A stretch of DNA of 64,000 nucleotides from an uncultured Planctomycetota bacterium (lineage in GTDB: Bacteria > Planctomycetota > Planctomycetia > Isosphaerales > Isosphaeraceae). The stretch covers positions 2,784,001 to 2,848,000 of the forward strand of contig CAWGMQ010000004.1 in assembly GCA_963823665.1 (NCBI GenBank). The letters run 5' to 3'. The position numbers and the translations under genes were made by a program. A model generated the notes under the pieces. The model was not told where the DNA came from. It searched no databases and saw nothing but the letters and a program-made list of their open reading frames with translations. This document shows positions 41,946 through 55,053 of the stretch, piece after piece. Every line of letters starts with the position of its first letter. The first letter of the stretch is position 1.

Positions 41946-43277
41946 TTATTTCTTGTCGAGTCTCGGTTCGTAAAACGTCGTCGTCAAATGGAACGGAATG
42001 CCGTTCAACTGGTACTCCACTTCGCCGAAGAGGGCGAGACGGCCGGTGCTCGGGGCCTGACCGTGGAAGCTGATCGTTTCGCCGGGCTTCAGGGGAGAAT
42101 CACTCCATTTTGACTCACGGAAATCGCGGTTCTCGGAGCGGGCGGTCCAGATGCGTGCCGCTTGAGGCGCCGGATTCGAGCGAATCGTGACGTGAAAATC
42201 ACCGCCGGCTCCTTCGGCGAAATCCCAGGTGAGCTGCGGCATCGGGCGATTCAGCACGACGTGATGGAAGAAAGCTCCCAGGCCCGAGGTTGCCCAGTCG
42301 CGGTTTACCTTCAAGTCGTGGCCGGCATTCGGCAGCTCGACCAGATACTTCGGCCCCTGCAAGTCTTTCCAGTAAAGGTCGAGCGCGTCGAGTGTCCAGT
42401 AACGGTCGTTGGCGCCGTTGATCAACATCTTGGGCTTCAACAGCCGCTGGCGATAAGTAAACGGGTCGACCATTTTCCAGAGATTCGTGCCGGTTTCCGT
42501 TGCGACGGTTTCCATCAGTCCGCGCTCGACGTAATCGTGAATCTGCTCGCTGTACTGGCCCCAGACCTTGAGCTGGTTCGGGCCTTGCGGGCCGAGATTG
42601 AGCATGACGATCACCATGGGGGCGATCGCGATGACGCGGTCATCCACCGCACCCGTGAGCCAGGTTGTCCAGCCACGCTTCGAGCCGCCGGTCACGACGA
42701 AACGCGACACGGGCTTGCCGTTCTGCCTGGACCACGCCTGGACGGCGTCCATTGCGCGCACGGCGCTTTTGACCATGGGAAAGAGGAGCGGCCAGTTCTC
42801 ATCTTTCGACTGGAGATAGCGGACGAATGTCTCGGCGATCAACTCGTCCTCGGTCTTGCCGCCGAGCAGGGGCTGATTGGGCACCTGGGGCAGCACGGCA
42901 ACCCGAGCGCCGCAAACCCTGGCCAAGCCAAACGCTTGCTTGTGGTCGTCTTCGGATGCCTTGCGACTACTGTCGCCGCCGGTGATGAATAGAAGCATCG
43001 CATCGGGATGGACGATTTCGCGCGGCTCGTAAACCCTCAGGTCGTGAGTCCAGGTAATGCCCTGCCACTCCTGGGATGTGAGCTTGATGCTCGTGACTAC
43101 CCCGGCAGCGGTGCTCGCGGTTCCGGTCTGACTCCACGCGAATGCCGGATCAGCCTTTTTGATGTACGCGTCGAGATCGGCGCGCGCGATGCGCGGAAAG
43201 GCGGTCGCGCCCAGCGCGATCAAGACGAGCCCCACACCGGCTCGAACGGGGATTGAAGGACGGTGCTTTGTCGACAC
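41946..43277 (-). CDS. PqaA-type (PhoPQ-activated pathogenicity-related) alpha/beta hydrolase-like protein
   Basis: LLFPMVKSAVRAMD, GGSKRGWTTWL, VDPFTY, PNAGH. Confidence 0.88.
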   Translation of the reverse strand: MSTKHRPSIPVRAGVGLVLIALGATAFPRIARADLDAYIKKADPAFAWSQTGTASTAAGVVTSIKLTSQEWQGITWTHDLRVYEPREIVHPDAMLLFITGGDSSRKASEDDHKQAFGLARVCGARVAVLPQVPNQPLLGGKTEDELIAETFVRYLQSKDENWPLLFPMVKSAVRAMDAVQAWSRQNGKPVSRFVVTGGSKRGWTTWLTGAVDDRVIAIAPMVIVMLNLGPQGPNQLKVWGQYSEQIHDYVERGLMETVATETGTNLWKMVDPFTYRQRLLKPKMLINGANDRYWTLDALDLYWKDLQGPKYLVELPNAGHDLKVNRDWATSGLGAFFHHVVLNRPMPQLTWDFAEGAGGDFHVTIRSNPAPQAARIWTARSENRDFRESKWSDSPLKPGETISFHGQAPSTGRLALFGEVEYQLNGIPFHLTTTFYEPRLDKK

Positions 43278-43400
43278 GACCGGGGCTCCTAACTCTGGGC
43301 GATGTTGTAGCCGGCACGGCGAGGTTCGGCTGCGCCGAATGCACGGCCATTCTCACGCTCGACAAAAACGTTAACATGACCCGTCGGCGAGCTGCAACTT

Positions 43401-45165
43401 TCAAGAAGGCGTATCGACGCGAATGGTCTTCTTCGCACGCGGGAGGCCGAATTGTTGATGTTGGAACGTGCGGATTGCGTCCAACGAGTCGAGCACGCCG
43501 CCGGGGCCGTTCAAGTTTTCCGTGTCGCCGGTTACCAGGAAACGCTCGGCTGCGCGAAGACCGCCGAGCTGGCTGGCCTGTGCTTCGCGGAAAGCGCTCA
43601 GCACCTTCTCGAGCCGCGGGTCGGCGATTCTCAATCGGCGCACGGCGTTCTGGTCCGCGCGGGCACGTTGGATCAAAGTCCGGACGGTCGCGAGATGACC
43701 GGCCTGAGCCTCCGGGTCGCTACGATCCCTGCGTAGGATCAGCGTGCTTGGAGCTTCCGCCGCGATTGCATTGAACTCTTGGAGAGCAAGCTGGAGCCAC
43801 TCCTGAACTGCTTGAAAACGTACAGCCGGCGTGGCGAGTGCCCGGCGCGCTGACGAGCGCTGCAGTGGCGGTCAATGCGGCGACGATCAGCAACGTTGCG
43901 CCGAGACGGCGCAGAGCAACCCACCGGCTCGACACGACTGGCCACGGTCGCGTGAGCAAGAGCCCGCTCACGAACCCGGTGGCGAGTCCGCCGAGGTGGG
44001 CCTGGTGATCGATGTTAGGCACAAAGTATCCCAGAATGGCCATCAAGATGGCGACGGAAATCAAGCTGGTGTAGAACGACATGAGTATCGACTTGGCTAT
44101 CGCGTGGCGATGAACGATCAGGAAGGCTGTGAGCGCGCCAAGAATTCCGCAGATCGCTCCGGATGCGCCGACACCAATACGACTCGGAGATGCCGCGAGA
44201 CTCGCAAGGGCACCTCCGACGCCGGAGGTGAGATAAATGACGACGAACGCCGGACTGCCATAGAGCCGCTCGACGAGCGGCCCGACCACGTAAAGGCTCC
44301 ACACATTCATCGCCAGATGGATCGGCCCACCGTGCAGAAACACTGTGACGGCCAGCCGCCAGTATTCGCGAATGAGGACCACGTCGATGCCGCAGCTTGC
44401 GCCCCAACGGAGCAATTGATAGGGTGAAGGCATCCGCCAGGGCACACCTGTCGCGACCATGGCGGCGTACGCGAGGACGCACGCACACATCAAGATTGGA
44501 GTCACGACCCCGCGGTGTGCGGTCGAGTGGATCGCTGTGCGGAAATCGATAAGATCCTGGCCGAAGGCTCGCGCCTTCGCCGTCACGTTGACCACGGCCG
44601 GAAGGGCCCGGGCAGCCCGGCTGGCAAGATCCGCATCGATCGCGCCTTCCGGCAGTGCACCCGCGCGGACCGCGCTTCGCATCGCCTCCAGATAACGCAG
44701 GAGGGCCAAGGCCAGTCCACCGTCGTCCTGTCCAACCGCGATCATCGAGGAGTTGCCCAGCTCGATTCCATAGGATCCGTCCGCTGCCTCGACGACTCGC
44801 ATGTTTCCTGGCAAATCAGCGTAGGCGGCAGAACGAGCCATCAATTCAAGTGTGCGTGATCGGAAGCGCGATTGCACACCTGCTCGCTTGTGTGGCTCGG
44901 GCGGATTGATTTTTTCGGTCCAATACACGCGGCGGGTTGTGAGCGCGCAGGAGCGAGTGGGTTGGCGACCACCGGAATCTATGATCGCGAGCAGAACCTC
45001 GTCATCTGCCAATGGAAGGTAGTTGACCAGAGCCGAGTTCAGGACCTCCGGTGGAATTCTCGGGGCGAGATGGGCGCGAACAAAGGGGCCCAGCGGTGCT
45101 GCGGACGCAAGGGCGAATTCGTCCCATCGCCCGGTGGCCTGCTGGAGGCCCTTCTCTGTCGACAT
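43401..45165 (-). CDS. Rhomboid intramembrane serine protease with soluble extensions (frameshifts near 3' end)
   Basis: WRL...FLHGGPIHLAMN, GASG, AHLGG; ORF 43401-43676 reads as the helical C-terminal continuation. Confidence 0.82.
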
Positions 45166-45386
45166 GACTTGCTTTTCCTTAACGGCAGGATCGCGAGTGC
45201 TGCGAATGGTGAGACTATCCGAGATCGTGTGGTGATCTCAAGCGCCGGAACGATGTGGCGGAACGGGTTGATGAAATCGGTCACGCGAAAATAGGATGAA
45301 TCAGGCGAATCGAGCGGACTCGCCGTTCGAGAAAAGCGAGTGCCGGCCTGCAAATCGTCGGCCGGCAGAGGCGGGGAGGGCCAGGC

Positions 45387-46154
45387 GTGCTCGGGCTTGT
45401 TGAATTTGGCCGCCTGGTTGATTTCTGCGTGCGTGCGTGCGCAAGTGCACCCGGGGCTCTGGTGAACAAGCCGGGAGAGGTGATCGCGCAGTTCGAGAAA
45501 GTGGCAGTGAGGAGCCTGCCGATAGTAATAGGGGCCGGTTTAAGCGTGGGCATGGTCACCTGGCTGCAGACGTACCGGCTGCTGGCGGCACACGGTGTGG
45601 AGTCGACGCTCCCGAGATTTCTGTCGGTGGCGCTGTTCGTTGAGCTTGGTCCGCTTCTGGCAGGCTTGCTGGTTGCGGGCCGTATGGGTGCGGGCTTGGC
45701 CGCTGAGCTTGCTTCGATGGTGCAGAACGAGGAGATCGATGCTCGCGTGGCGCTTGGCACCGACCCAATCGCAACTCTGGTTTCACCGCGGGCGATCGCG
45801 TGTGCGCTGGCCGTCCCGTTATTGACAGTGATCATTGATGCTTCGGCGCTTCTGGGAAGTTTGGCTGCGGAGCTGGCCGCCGGGAAGTCGACCGCAGCCC
45901 TGTTCTGGAGAGAGTCACTGGTGTATCTACGGCTGACGGATGTCATCCCTGCCACACTGAAGACGGCAGTCTTCGGGCTGCTGATCGGGCTCTCTGCCTG
46001 CTGGACGGGTCTGGTCGCCGGCACTTCGCCAGAGGCGGTGGGCCGCGCGGCCACTCGCGGGGTCGTGCGCGCGACCCTCGTTGTATTTGCCGCCAATCTT
46101 GTGATGGTTCCGCTGATCCAGGCCGCCGTGTCGGCGCTGGAATGGACTCAATGA
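45387..46154 (+). CDS. mlaE: MlaE-family ABC permease
   Basis: ELGPLLAGLLVAGRMGAGLAAELASM...EEIDA; VGRAATRGVV. Confidence 0.88.
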   Translation: MLGLVEFGRLVDFCVRACASAPGALVNKPGEVIAQFEKVAVRSLPIVIGAGLSVGMVTWLQTYRLLAAHGVESTLPRFLSVALFVELGPLLAGLLVAGRMGAGLAAELASMVQNEEIDARVALGTDPIATLVSPRAIACALAVPLLTVIIDASALLGSLAAELAAGKSTAALFWRESLVYLRLTDVIPATLKTAVFGLLIGLSACWTGLVAGTSPEAVGRAATRGVVRATLVVFAANLVMVPLIQAAVSALEWTQ

Positions 46155-46189
46155 GATCCCGTTGTCTTGTCTCCTCGAGGTGACTCACG

Positions 46190-47305
46190 ATGTTACGCGA
46201 GATCGGGCGATGGCGGGCGCTGGCCAGCGCGTGTTTTGCGCTTGCGGTTCTGGCGCTGGGTGGCTTCGGGCTCTACGAGGTTGCCGGCCGCCAATGGCGG
46301 GTGCAGCCGACGTTCCACGTGCGGGCGCGGTTCGAGACGATCAGCGGCGTCGAGGCGGGGCACCGCGTCCGAATTCAGGGAATCGACGCGGGGGTGGTCG
46401 CCCGGATCGTCCCGCCGAGCGAGCCGGGCGGGCCGGTTGAGCTGGTCCTGCGGCTCGACCAGCGCTTGCACGGCCTGGTGCGGACTGACGCCGTTGCGCG
46501 GATCGTCTCGGAGGGCCTGGTGGGCGCGAAGGTGATCGAGCTGACGCCCGGAACGGCGGGGTCTGCTCAGGTCGCCGAGCTGGCGATGATCGCAAGTGAA
46601 AAGCCGGTCGAGATGAACGATTTGATGGCGCAGGCTACTGCGTCGCTGGCGCGGCTGGACGCGGCGACCACGGCGGCCGAGCAAGGACTGGCGGAGGTGA
46701 CCGCGATCGCCAACTCGATCCACAAGGGCGAAGGGAGCCTCGGCAAGCTTGTCCGCGACGACTCGCTTCACACCAGTCTGACCGAGCTGGCGCACCGGAG
46801 CGAGCAAACACTGACCTCGCTGGATGAGAACCTGGCGGCACTCAAGGAGACGTGGCCGCTTTCCCGTTATTTCGAGCGGCGGGCCTATCAAGATCGCGAT
46901 CGGACGGTCTTCCAGCCCGGGTCGTCGCGGAATTGCCGGGTGCTCGCGGCGGACGATCTGTTTGAATTGGGAAGATCGGTCCTTACTCCCGTCGGACAGA
47001 CACGGCTCGATGAGATCGCGCGGTGGTGCAACTATGCGGGGCGGCCGACCACGCAGATCGTGATCGCGGCGTACACAGATGACCTTTCCAACCGTGAGCG
47101 GGCCGAAATCTTGACGCAGGAGCAGGCGGACTCAGTTCGCAAATACCTGGTCGCGAAGCATGCGATCCAGTCTGCGGGGTGGTTCAAGTTGCGCAAAGTT
47201 GCGGCGGTGGGATTTGGGGCGCACGTTCCGCGCACGCTCGAGGCGCCGCCTGCCGGTGCGCCCTCGCGGCGGGTGGAGATTATTTTGTTCACGCCGCAGA
47301 CGTGA
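46190..47305 (+). CDS. mlaD: MlaD/MCE protein fused to an OmpA-like domain
   Basis: GVEAGHRVRIQGIDAG, EGLVGAKVIEL, GEGSLGKLV; C-terminal LFELG...RRVEI. Confidence 0.85.
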   Translation: MLREIGRWRALASACFALAVLALGGFGLYEVAGRQWRVQPTFHVRARFETISGVEAGHRVRIQGIDAGVVARIVPPSEPGGPVELVLRLDQRLHGLVRTDAVARIVSEGLVGAKVIELTPGTAGSAQVAELAMIASEKPVEMNDLMAQATASLARLDAATTAAEQGLAEVTAIANSIHKGEGSLGKLVRDDSLHTSLTELAHRSEQTLTSLDENLAALKETWPLSRYFERRAYQDRDRTVFQPGSSRNCRVLAADDLFELGRSVLTPVGQTRLDEIARWCNYAGRPTTQIVIAAYTDDLSNRERAEILTQEQADSVRKYLVAKHAIQSAGWFKLRKVAAVGFGAHVPRTLEAPPAGAPSRRVEIILFTPQT

Positions 47306-47373
47306 AGGTCCTATTGGTTCTCGGTGACAGTGCCGCGGCAGGCCGACTGGACGCCCATTACCGCGAGGCCTAT

Positions 47374-47685
47374 TTAGCAGAATTCCACCGAACGGCCGGG
47401 AACTTGCTCGAAGTCCTTGGGTTCAGCGTCACGGGCCTGGTAGATATCCTCACGAATCTGCGTAAGACTCGGATCGTCGCGGTATTTTCCCGCAAATGCC
47501 GCAATGCCTTGATGAGGCGTCTCGACGAACACCAAATCCCTGTGGAGAACTCTTGCTTGCAGGATCGTCCGGATTTCAGCCAAGGCTTCCTCACGGGTCG
47601 GGGCGGAGACGCGTACGTCTGGCGAGCCGACGAGAGTTGCCACAAAATGAGCGTTGTCTTGATGAATGAAAACAGGTAACGACAT
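47374..47685 (-). CDS. HicB-like small protein (orphan antitoxin-like)
   Basis: FVATLVG...SAPTREEALAEIR; ggaggga RBS. Confidence 0.6.
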   Translation of the reverse strand: MSLPVFIHQDNAHFVATLVGSPDVRVSAPTREEALAEIRTILQARVLHRDLVFVETPHQGIAAFAGKYRDDPSLTQIREDIYQARDAEPKDFEQVPGRSVEFC

Positions 47686-47886
47686 TCTTCCCTCCGTCTG
47701 ATCCCGCTTGCGACCCCGTCGCGTTGTTATTGTACGGGCTATGCCGCCTAAGAAGCTCAAGGACGAAGTGCGATGAATAGCTTGATATTTAGGCGTTCGC
47801 AAAGGTTCTGGCCGGGTGCATGATAACGGATTGCGGGCGACGGCGTGAGTATGTAATCGTCTGGCCTAGCAAATTGAGGGACGCGA

Positions 47887-48306
47887 TTACTGCCGCCAGT
47901 TGACCAGGGCGAGGGGGTAGCCGAGCTGCTGGGTGCGTTGATAATGCGAGATGTTGCCGGTCGCCAGCACGAGGCCATGAGTGAGGGCCACGGCCGCAAT
48001 CATCGGGTCCGCAAAGCCGAGCGGTTGGCCGGTGCGGTCCAGGTCGCCCCAAATCCGGCCAGCCAGTTCGGCTGCGGGTTGGGCAAAGTCGATAACTTCC
48101 TCGGAAGCAACATAGCTGAGCAAATCGGTGATTTTCTGCGGTCGCTGAACCTGCTGGAAACCTTTGACCATCTCCATGACGGTGATGACAGAGAGCGTGA
48201 GAACGCCATAGGTCTGGCGGTAGGAGCGGGCGTTGGCAACAACGGTGGTCTTCACTGCCCGGAGGATTTCGGAGTAAATGTCCGTGTCGAGGAGCGTCTT
48301 ACTCAT
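47887..48306 (-). CDS. vapC: PIN-domain toxin
   Basis: LLDTDIYSE, E in TVMEM, DPMIAAVAL, LATGN. Confidence 0.9.
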   Translation of the reverse strand: MSKTLLDTDIYSEILRAVKTTVVANARSYRQTYGVLTLSVITVMEMVKGFQQVQRPQKITDLLSYVASEEVIDFAQPAAELAGRIWGDLDRTGQPLGFADPMIAAVALTHGLVLATGNISHYQRTQQLGYPLALVNWRQ

Positions 48307-48562
48307 CCGGCGGGAGCGTTAACGTCCGTGTCTCTCGGCTGTGCATAATGCCGTGGGTGATTTGCTCGAGGAGCTCGGCGTCGTCGTGCATGGCTCCGAT
48401 CGACCCCATGTCGGATGGCTTGGCGGTGAGCTGGTTCTGTGGCTTCTGTCGGAGGAAAGCCCGCACGGCGGCAGCGACCAAGTCATCCTCGCTTGCGAAA
48501 TGACCACCGAGCACCTCGGCACGGACGGAGCTTTCCAAGTCTTTGGGTAAATTGATGGTCAT
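48299..48562 (-). CDS. RHH-type antitoxin
   Basis: MTINLPKDLE...GHFASEDDLVAAAVR; overlaps the toxin start. Confidence 0.8.
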   Translation of the reverse strand: MTINLPKDLESSVRAEVLGGHFASEDDLVAAAVRAFLRQKPQNQLTAKPSDMGSIGAMHDDAELLEQITHGIMHSRETRTLTLPPDE

Positions 48563-48942
48563 AGCACGATTCTCATTTACATTCTTTAGCCTAGCATACC
48601 CCGAAGGTTGTGCCAAGCGATTGTCTGTAATGCCGGCCTGGCGATAGCGGTGGCGATGCGATCAATCGCGCCAGCACTTGCCGGTCACACGCTGGTGGGC
48701 TCGCATCGAGAAGCTGAACAAAGGCCGCCTCATGGGCTGATTCTTCGCCGCCAGTCGCGCGCCTGCGAGAAGTTGCCGCCCATCTGGGGGTCCATCACCT
48801 GGCCAATCTTGCCGGTTGCCCGGCGCGATAACGGACCGCTGCCATCAATCGCAAAACGCTCGCGTCGCACGCGGTACACACGGTATTCGCTGCTGCCCTG
48901 GTCGAGCGCATTCATCCAGATTCCGGGTGATTCAGCACGCCG

Positions 48943-51158
<2,216 letters not shown>

Positions 51159-51172
<14 letters not shown>

Positions 51173-52085
51173 GGTATTGGCTGACGTCGACGTCCTCCAG
51201 GACTCCGAGCGCGTCCTGGGTGAGGACCGCGATCGAGCAGTACAGTGAGATCAAGTAAGAGGCAATCGCCTTGTGGTCGATGCCCATGAAACGGACTGTG
51301 AGGCTGGGCGACACTTCACCCGCGAGCCCGGGCTGGAAGAGTCCGACGACGCCCTGCTTTTGCTCGCCCGTGCGTAGCAGCAGCATGCTGGTCTTTTCTG
51401 CTTCCACAGGGAACTTGTCACAAGGCACCAGCGGGATTCCCCGCCAGGTCATAAACGGGGAACCGAACAGGGTCACGATCGGGGGTGGAACACCGCGGCG
51501 AGTGCACTCGCGTCCAAAGGCGGCAATGGCCCGCGGGTGCGCAAGGAAAAATGCTGGCTCCTTCCAAACCCTCGCGATGAGCTCGTCCAGATCGTCGGGC
51601 GTGGGTGCGCCCTTCCTGGTCTTCAAGCGCATGTCAGCCGCAACGCTGCTGAGCAGACCGTACTCCTTGTTGTTGATCAACTCTCGTTCCTGGCGTTCCT
51701 TGACCTTCTCGATGATCAGGCGCAGTTGCTCACGTATCTGGTCATGAGGGCTCCGATACAGATCGGAGATGCGGGTGTGCACATCGAGTGTGGTCGTCAC
51801 CGCGCTCAATGTGTATTCACGAGGGTTCTCTTCATAATCGACGTAAATCTCGGGCAGCAAAACTTCTTCACCGGGGCTGCACTCAACCGTGCGAGTCCCG
51901 GGGGCAGTCGGCTTCACCTTGTTGACACGGTACCTGCCGGCTTCGACGGGCACCCACGGCAGAAAACTGATCAGCCAGCGCGGCGTGATCTGCTCCATCA
52001 TGGGCACGGTCTTGGTGACGACGCCGAGTTGGCGTGCCGCCTCTACGCCCAGTGTGTGACGAGTCGGGGTTGTCCCTTCGGCCAT
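51159..52085 (-). CDS. Family 2A encapsulin shell protein (SrpI-like)
   Basis: ITPRWL...LPWVPVEAG, VDYEENPREY, PTPDDLDELI, AFGRECTRRGVPP, WRGIPLVPCDK. Confidence 0.95.
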
Positions 52086-52108
52086 GGGATTAGCTCGCTT
52101 CACGCAAC

Positions 52109-52141
52109 AAAAAAAAAGGCACGGCATGCCTCTCGCGTGCC
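52109..52141 (-). terminator. Intrinsic terminator in the encapsulin 5' leader
   Basis: Minus strand ggcacg...cgtgcc then 9 T, 23 nt before the ATG. Confidence 0.7.
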
Positions 52142-52200
52142 GGCCCACCTCAGCCCAACCAGGGATTGCCTAACAAAGGCAACCCCCCCTACAAATTTTT

Positions 52201-52229
52201 AACCTATCAGGCCGCGACTTGCCCGTCAA
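52201..52229 (-). promoter_or_regulatory. Putative sigma70 promoter for the encapsulin operon
   Basis: Minus strand TTGACG -17 bp- TAGGTT. Confidence 0.55.
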
Positions 52230-52397
52230 CGTACCGGAGCCGAATGCCAGCGCGCTTCTTTTCAACGATGCCGTAACCGCGCAACACCGGGTGTTTTCCG
52301 GAGGTAACGTAAGACGTTTTTCACATGATGCATGGCGTCACTAGCAGGATTCGGGCGATCGGTTAGACTACGCCGTCGATGAAATGAAATCCACTGC

Positions 52398-52791
52398 TCA
52401 ATGTGCGAACGGGTCGGCCGGGAAGCCCGGGTCATAAAGGATCACCGCCTCGGCCTCGTTCCGAAGGAGCCGGATCTCCAGTTCGTCCCAGAACTGGGAG
52501 GAATTCTCGCTCGGCGGCCGGTTACGGAGCCGGTCGAGCCATCGCCGGGCCTTGTCGCGATGCCCGAGACGATGGTGAGCCATGGCCAGGAACACCCAGT
52601 CCTGGGGTAGGCTCTCTCAATTCGGCCTGCAGTGCGGGTCGGCCCTCGTGGGAGACGTCGACCAGATAGTCGTCGATGCGCGGTTGGCGCCCCTCCTGCC
52701 AGTGGGCCTCGAATCGCCGGCAGATCTCATCGATCCGGCGGGCCATTTCGACATCCAGGCCGTCGAGGTTGTTGCTGGATCGGTCACTCAT
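52398..52791 (-). pseudogene. Ser/Thr kinase remnant: N- and C-termini joined, kinase domain absent
   Basis: RRIDEICRRFEAHWQEGRQPRIDDYL...LQAEL abuts QDWVFLAMAHHRLG...FPADPFAH. Confidence 0.75.
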
Positions 52792-53528
52792 CTTGATTCG
52801 GTCTTAGGTCCGAGGTGCATCGCCTGCTGGCCGTCTGCACTGGCCTGTCGAGGCCAAACTACGACAACTGACTTCGAGGATGATGTCCGTTTCGCGTGCG
52901 ATTGTGACATCGCGTCTGCGAATTGTGAGTTCGCGGGTCCGAGGCTGTTCATCGCTTTCCTGGGCCCAGCCGCGCGCATCGACGACGATACGGCCTTGGC
53001 CAGACGCCAAAACCGGTACTGATCAACGCCCGGCGGATTCGATCCTGTGAAGGTACCGCCAAGATTGCTGCGAGAATAGGGCCTGACGCTGTGTGCGACT
53101 ACTCAGATCGAAAACAATCACTGAAGTGCCTTCCTTTGCTTGTGAACGTCCTTCGGAAGAACCGGGTATAACCCGAAACGAAATTCGAGGTCACTGCTAG
53201 GCGTGAGCCTCGAGTAGAGAGCGCGTGGGCTCGCTCGCAGATTGAACTTGCGTCGCTGAAGTTGATGAGGCTGCTGGCGTGGGCGGAGCGAGTTATTTTC
53301 CTGCTTTGCCAGGCAAGATACGGCGGACGGAGACGACCTTCGTGCCCGAATCGATTGCGTCGAGTCTGAAACCGGACGAGGTGGGGGCCTCGGTCGCGTC
53401 GGAGAATCGCCGGAGGAGGCCAAGCGGTCGGTGGCCGAAGCGTTCACCTCGGCGTGCTCGAGGGCGAGGGGGACGAACAAGCCGTATGGCGTTGAGGAAG
53501 GCTCTTGGCCCTCGTCTGGGGGCAGCCC

Positions 53529-53579
53529 GCAAAAGGGGACTGGCAGCGGCGTCCTTGGCCGGAGCCAGTCCCCTTTTGC
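53529..53579. repeat. 16-bp perfect inverted repeat (REP/MITE-like)
   Basis: gcaaaaggggactggc ... gccagtccccttttgc. Confidence 0.8.
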
Positions 53580-54416
53580 TCCCGCGCGGAGCTCACGCGA
53601 CGGGGGTTGGGTGTTTTTCTCGGTGTGTGTGATGCGACTCAGTCGATAAGGATGAATTACACATCTTTTGCGCAAATGGATCGGGGCTTTTGTAGATCAT
53701 CTCTATAGGGGCCCATGAGTGCGCCGGCGGGTCGGCGCGCGAACCGGGGCATTTGACCCCGACAACATCGAACTCGAGGAGCAATTCGTTCCGGTGCCTG
53801 GCTGAATGGCTGATCTATAAGAGCGTCAGGCTGAGAGCCTGACCTAGTCGGGATGCGTTACCGCGCACTCCTTCGTCCAAATCCAAGCCGTGCGAGAAAC
53901 GAGCATGTTGCCACCTTCGTCGAGTGAGATTTCGTCGGGCGATGGACGAAGCCCAGTGGGCACTGCCGAGAGCGGGCAATTTACAGTAGTGTACGGATGC
54001 TGGAAGGCCCTCGTAATATTGCCACTTTTTGCCATTTTTCGACGGGTGCGGCAATTTCTTCGCGCAGATTGATTGCTCTGTAAGTTCAATGAGCATATTG
54101 GAATAGGATCACAGCGATGCGTTTTTCGGCGGTGGCAACAGCTCTTGGCACGTGCCGCGCAAAATTGCCACGGCAAATCGCCGGTGCTGTTCACTATGTT
54201 TTTAGACCCTTTTTTCACGGCACTGTAAGGGAGATCGGCGCTGCCTGGGGTGCGCGGTCTTCCGCGCGCAAGCCTCATCGGCCGCCTGCGGCGGCACACC
54301 TTCGCTACAAGGGCGGCCGACGCACTTTCGCGGAGCAAAAGGCCACAATGGGCAGGCGGGGACCGTTCGGGTTTGATGAAACGCCTGCTTGCTGCGGGAA
54401 AATGGGGGAGGCTGGC

Positions 54417-54542
54417 AAAAGTGCCGTCAGGCGTAAGCGTCATGGGCGAAAAGAGATGTGTCAAAATGGCGTTCGGGGACCTAGTGGTGTCGTCAGACGT
54501 AAGTCCAATCGCAGTAGGGCGCTGACGGCATGACGGCACTTT
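54417..54542. repeat. Array of oppositely oriented TGACGGCA motifs with 12-bp outer inverted repeat
   Basis: aaagtgccgtca / tgacggcacttt; direct repeat gtg(c/t)cgtcag(g/a)cgtaag at 54421 and 54487. Confidence 0.65.
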
Positions 54543-54760
54543 CGGGGGGGACGCGTTCGTGTTGCTGCCTCAACGCGGCGGGCCGGGTGTCAGGCGGCAC
54601 GGGAACGGATCAGGCCGGGAAACTTTGCTGGCCTCCCTGTGCGCGAACCCCCTCCGCCGCCTGCGGCACCTCCCTGAACGCGGCGGAGGTCTGCGGAGGG
54701 TCCGTTCCCTTAATCCTTATGGGGAAAGGACGCGCGTCGAATATACAAAACGAACATAAA

Positions 54761-54799
54761 GCGGAGGACGGAGAGCGGAGGACGGAGGGCGCAGGACGG
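54761..54799. repeat. 14-bp tandem repeat x3
   Basis: gcggaggacggaga gcggaggacggagg gcgcaggacgg. Confidence 0.7.
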
Positions 54800-55053
54800 C
54801 GACACGAGGATGTCATCGTCGAGCGCGCCGAGGAGCGGCATGGGGGGACGTTCGGACTTGGAGCATCGGAACGAGAGCGGCATTGAATGCGACATCCGTG
54901 GCGCGATCCACCGACACGCGCAAAAGTTGACGTGCCCTCCAACGACCGGGCGCGAAAAATGGCGCCCGGAGGGGTTGGATCTTCCTTACCAGGTGTGGTA
55001 AGCTGCCGAACTCCTGGGATGATGTCGATGTACACGCATGGATTGCGCCTGCC

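Noticed and set aside
48730..48915. 61-aa ORF downstream of the desulfurase
   Set aside because: No recognisable motif; cannot be supported as a gene.
54146..54162. Sigma54 promoter (ttggcacg)
   Set aside because: The -12 TTGC element is missing at the required spacing.
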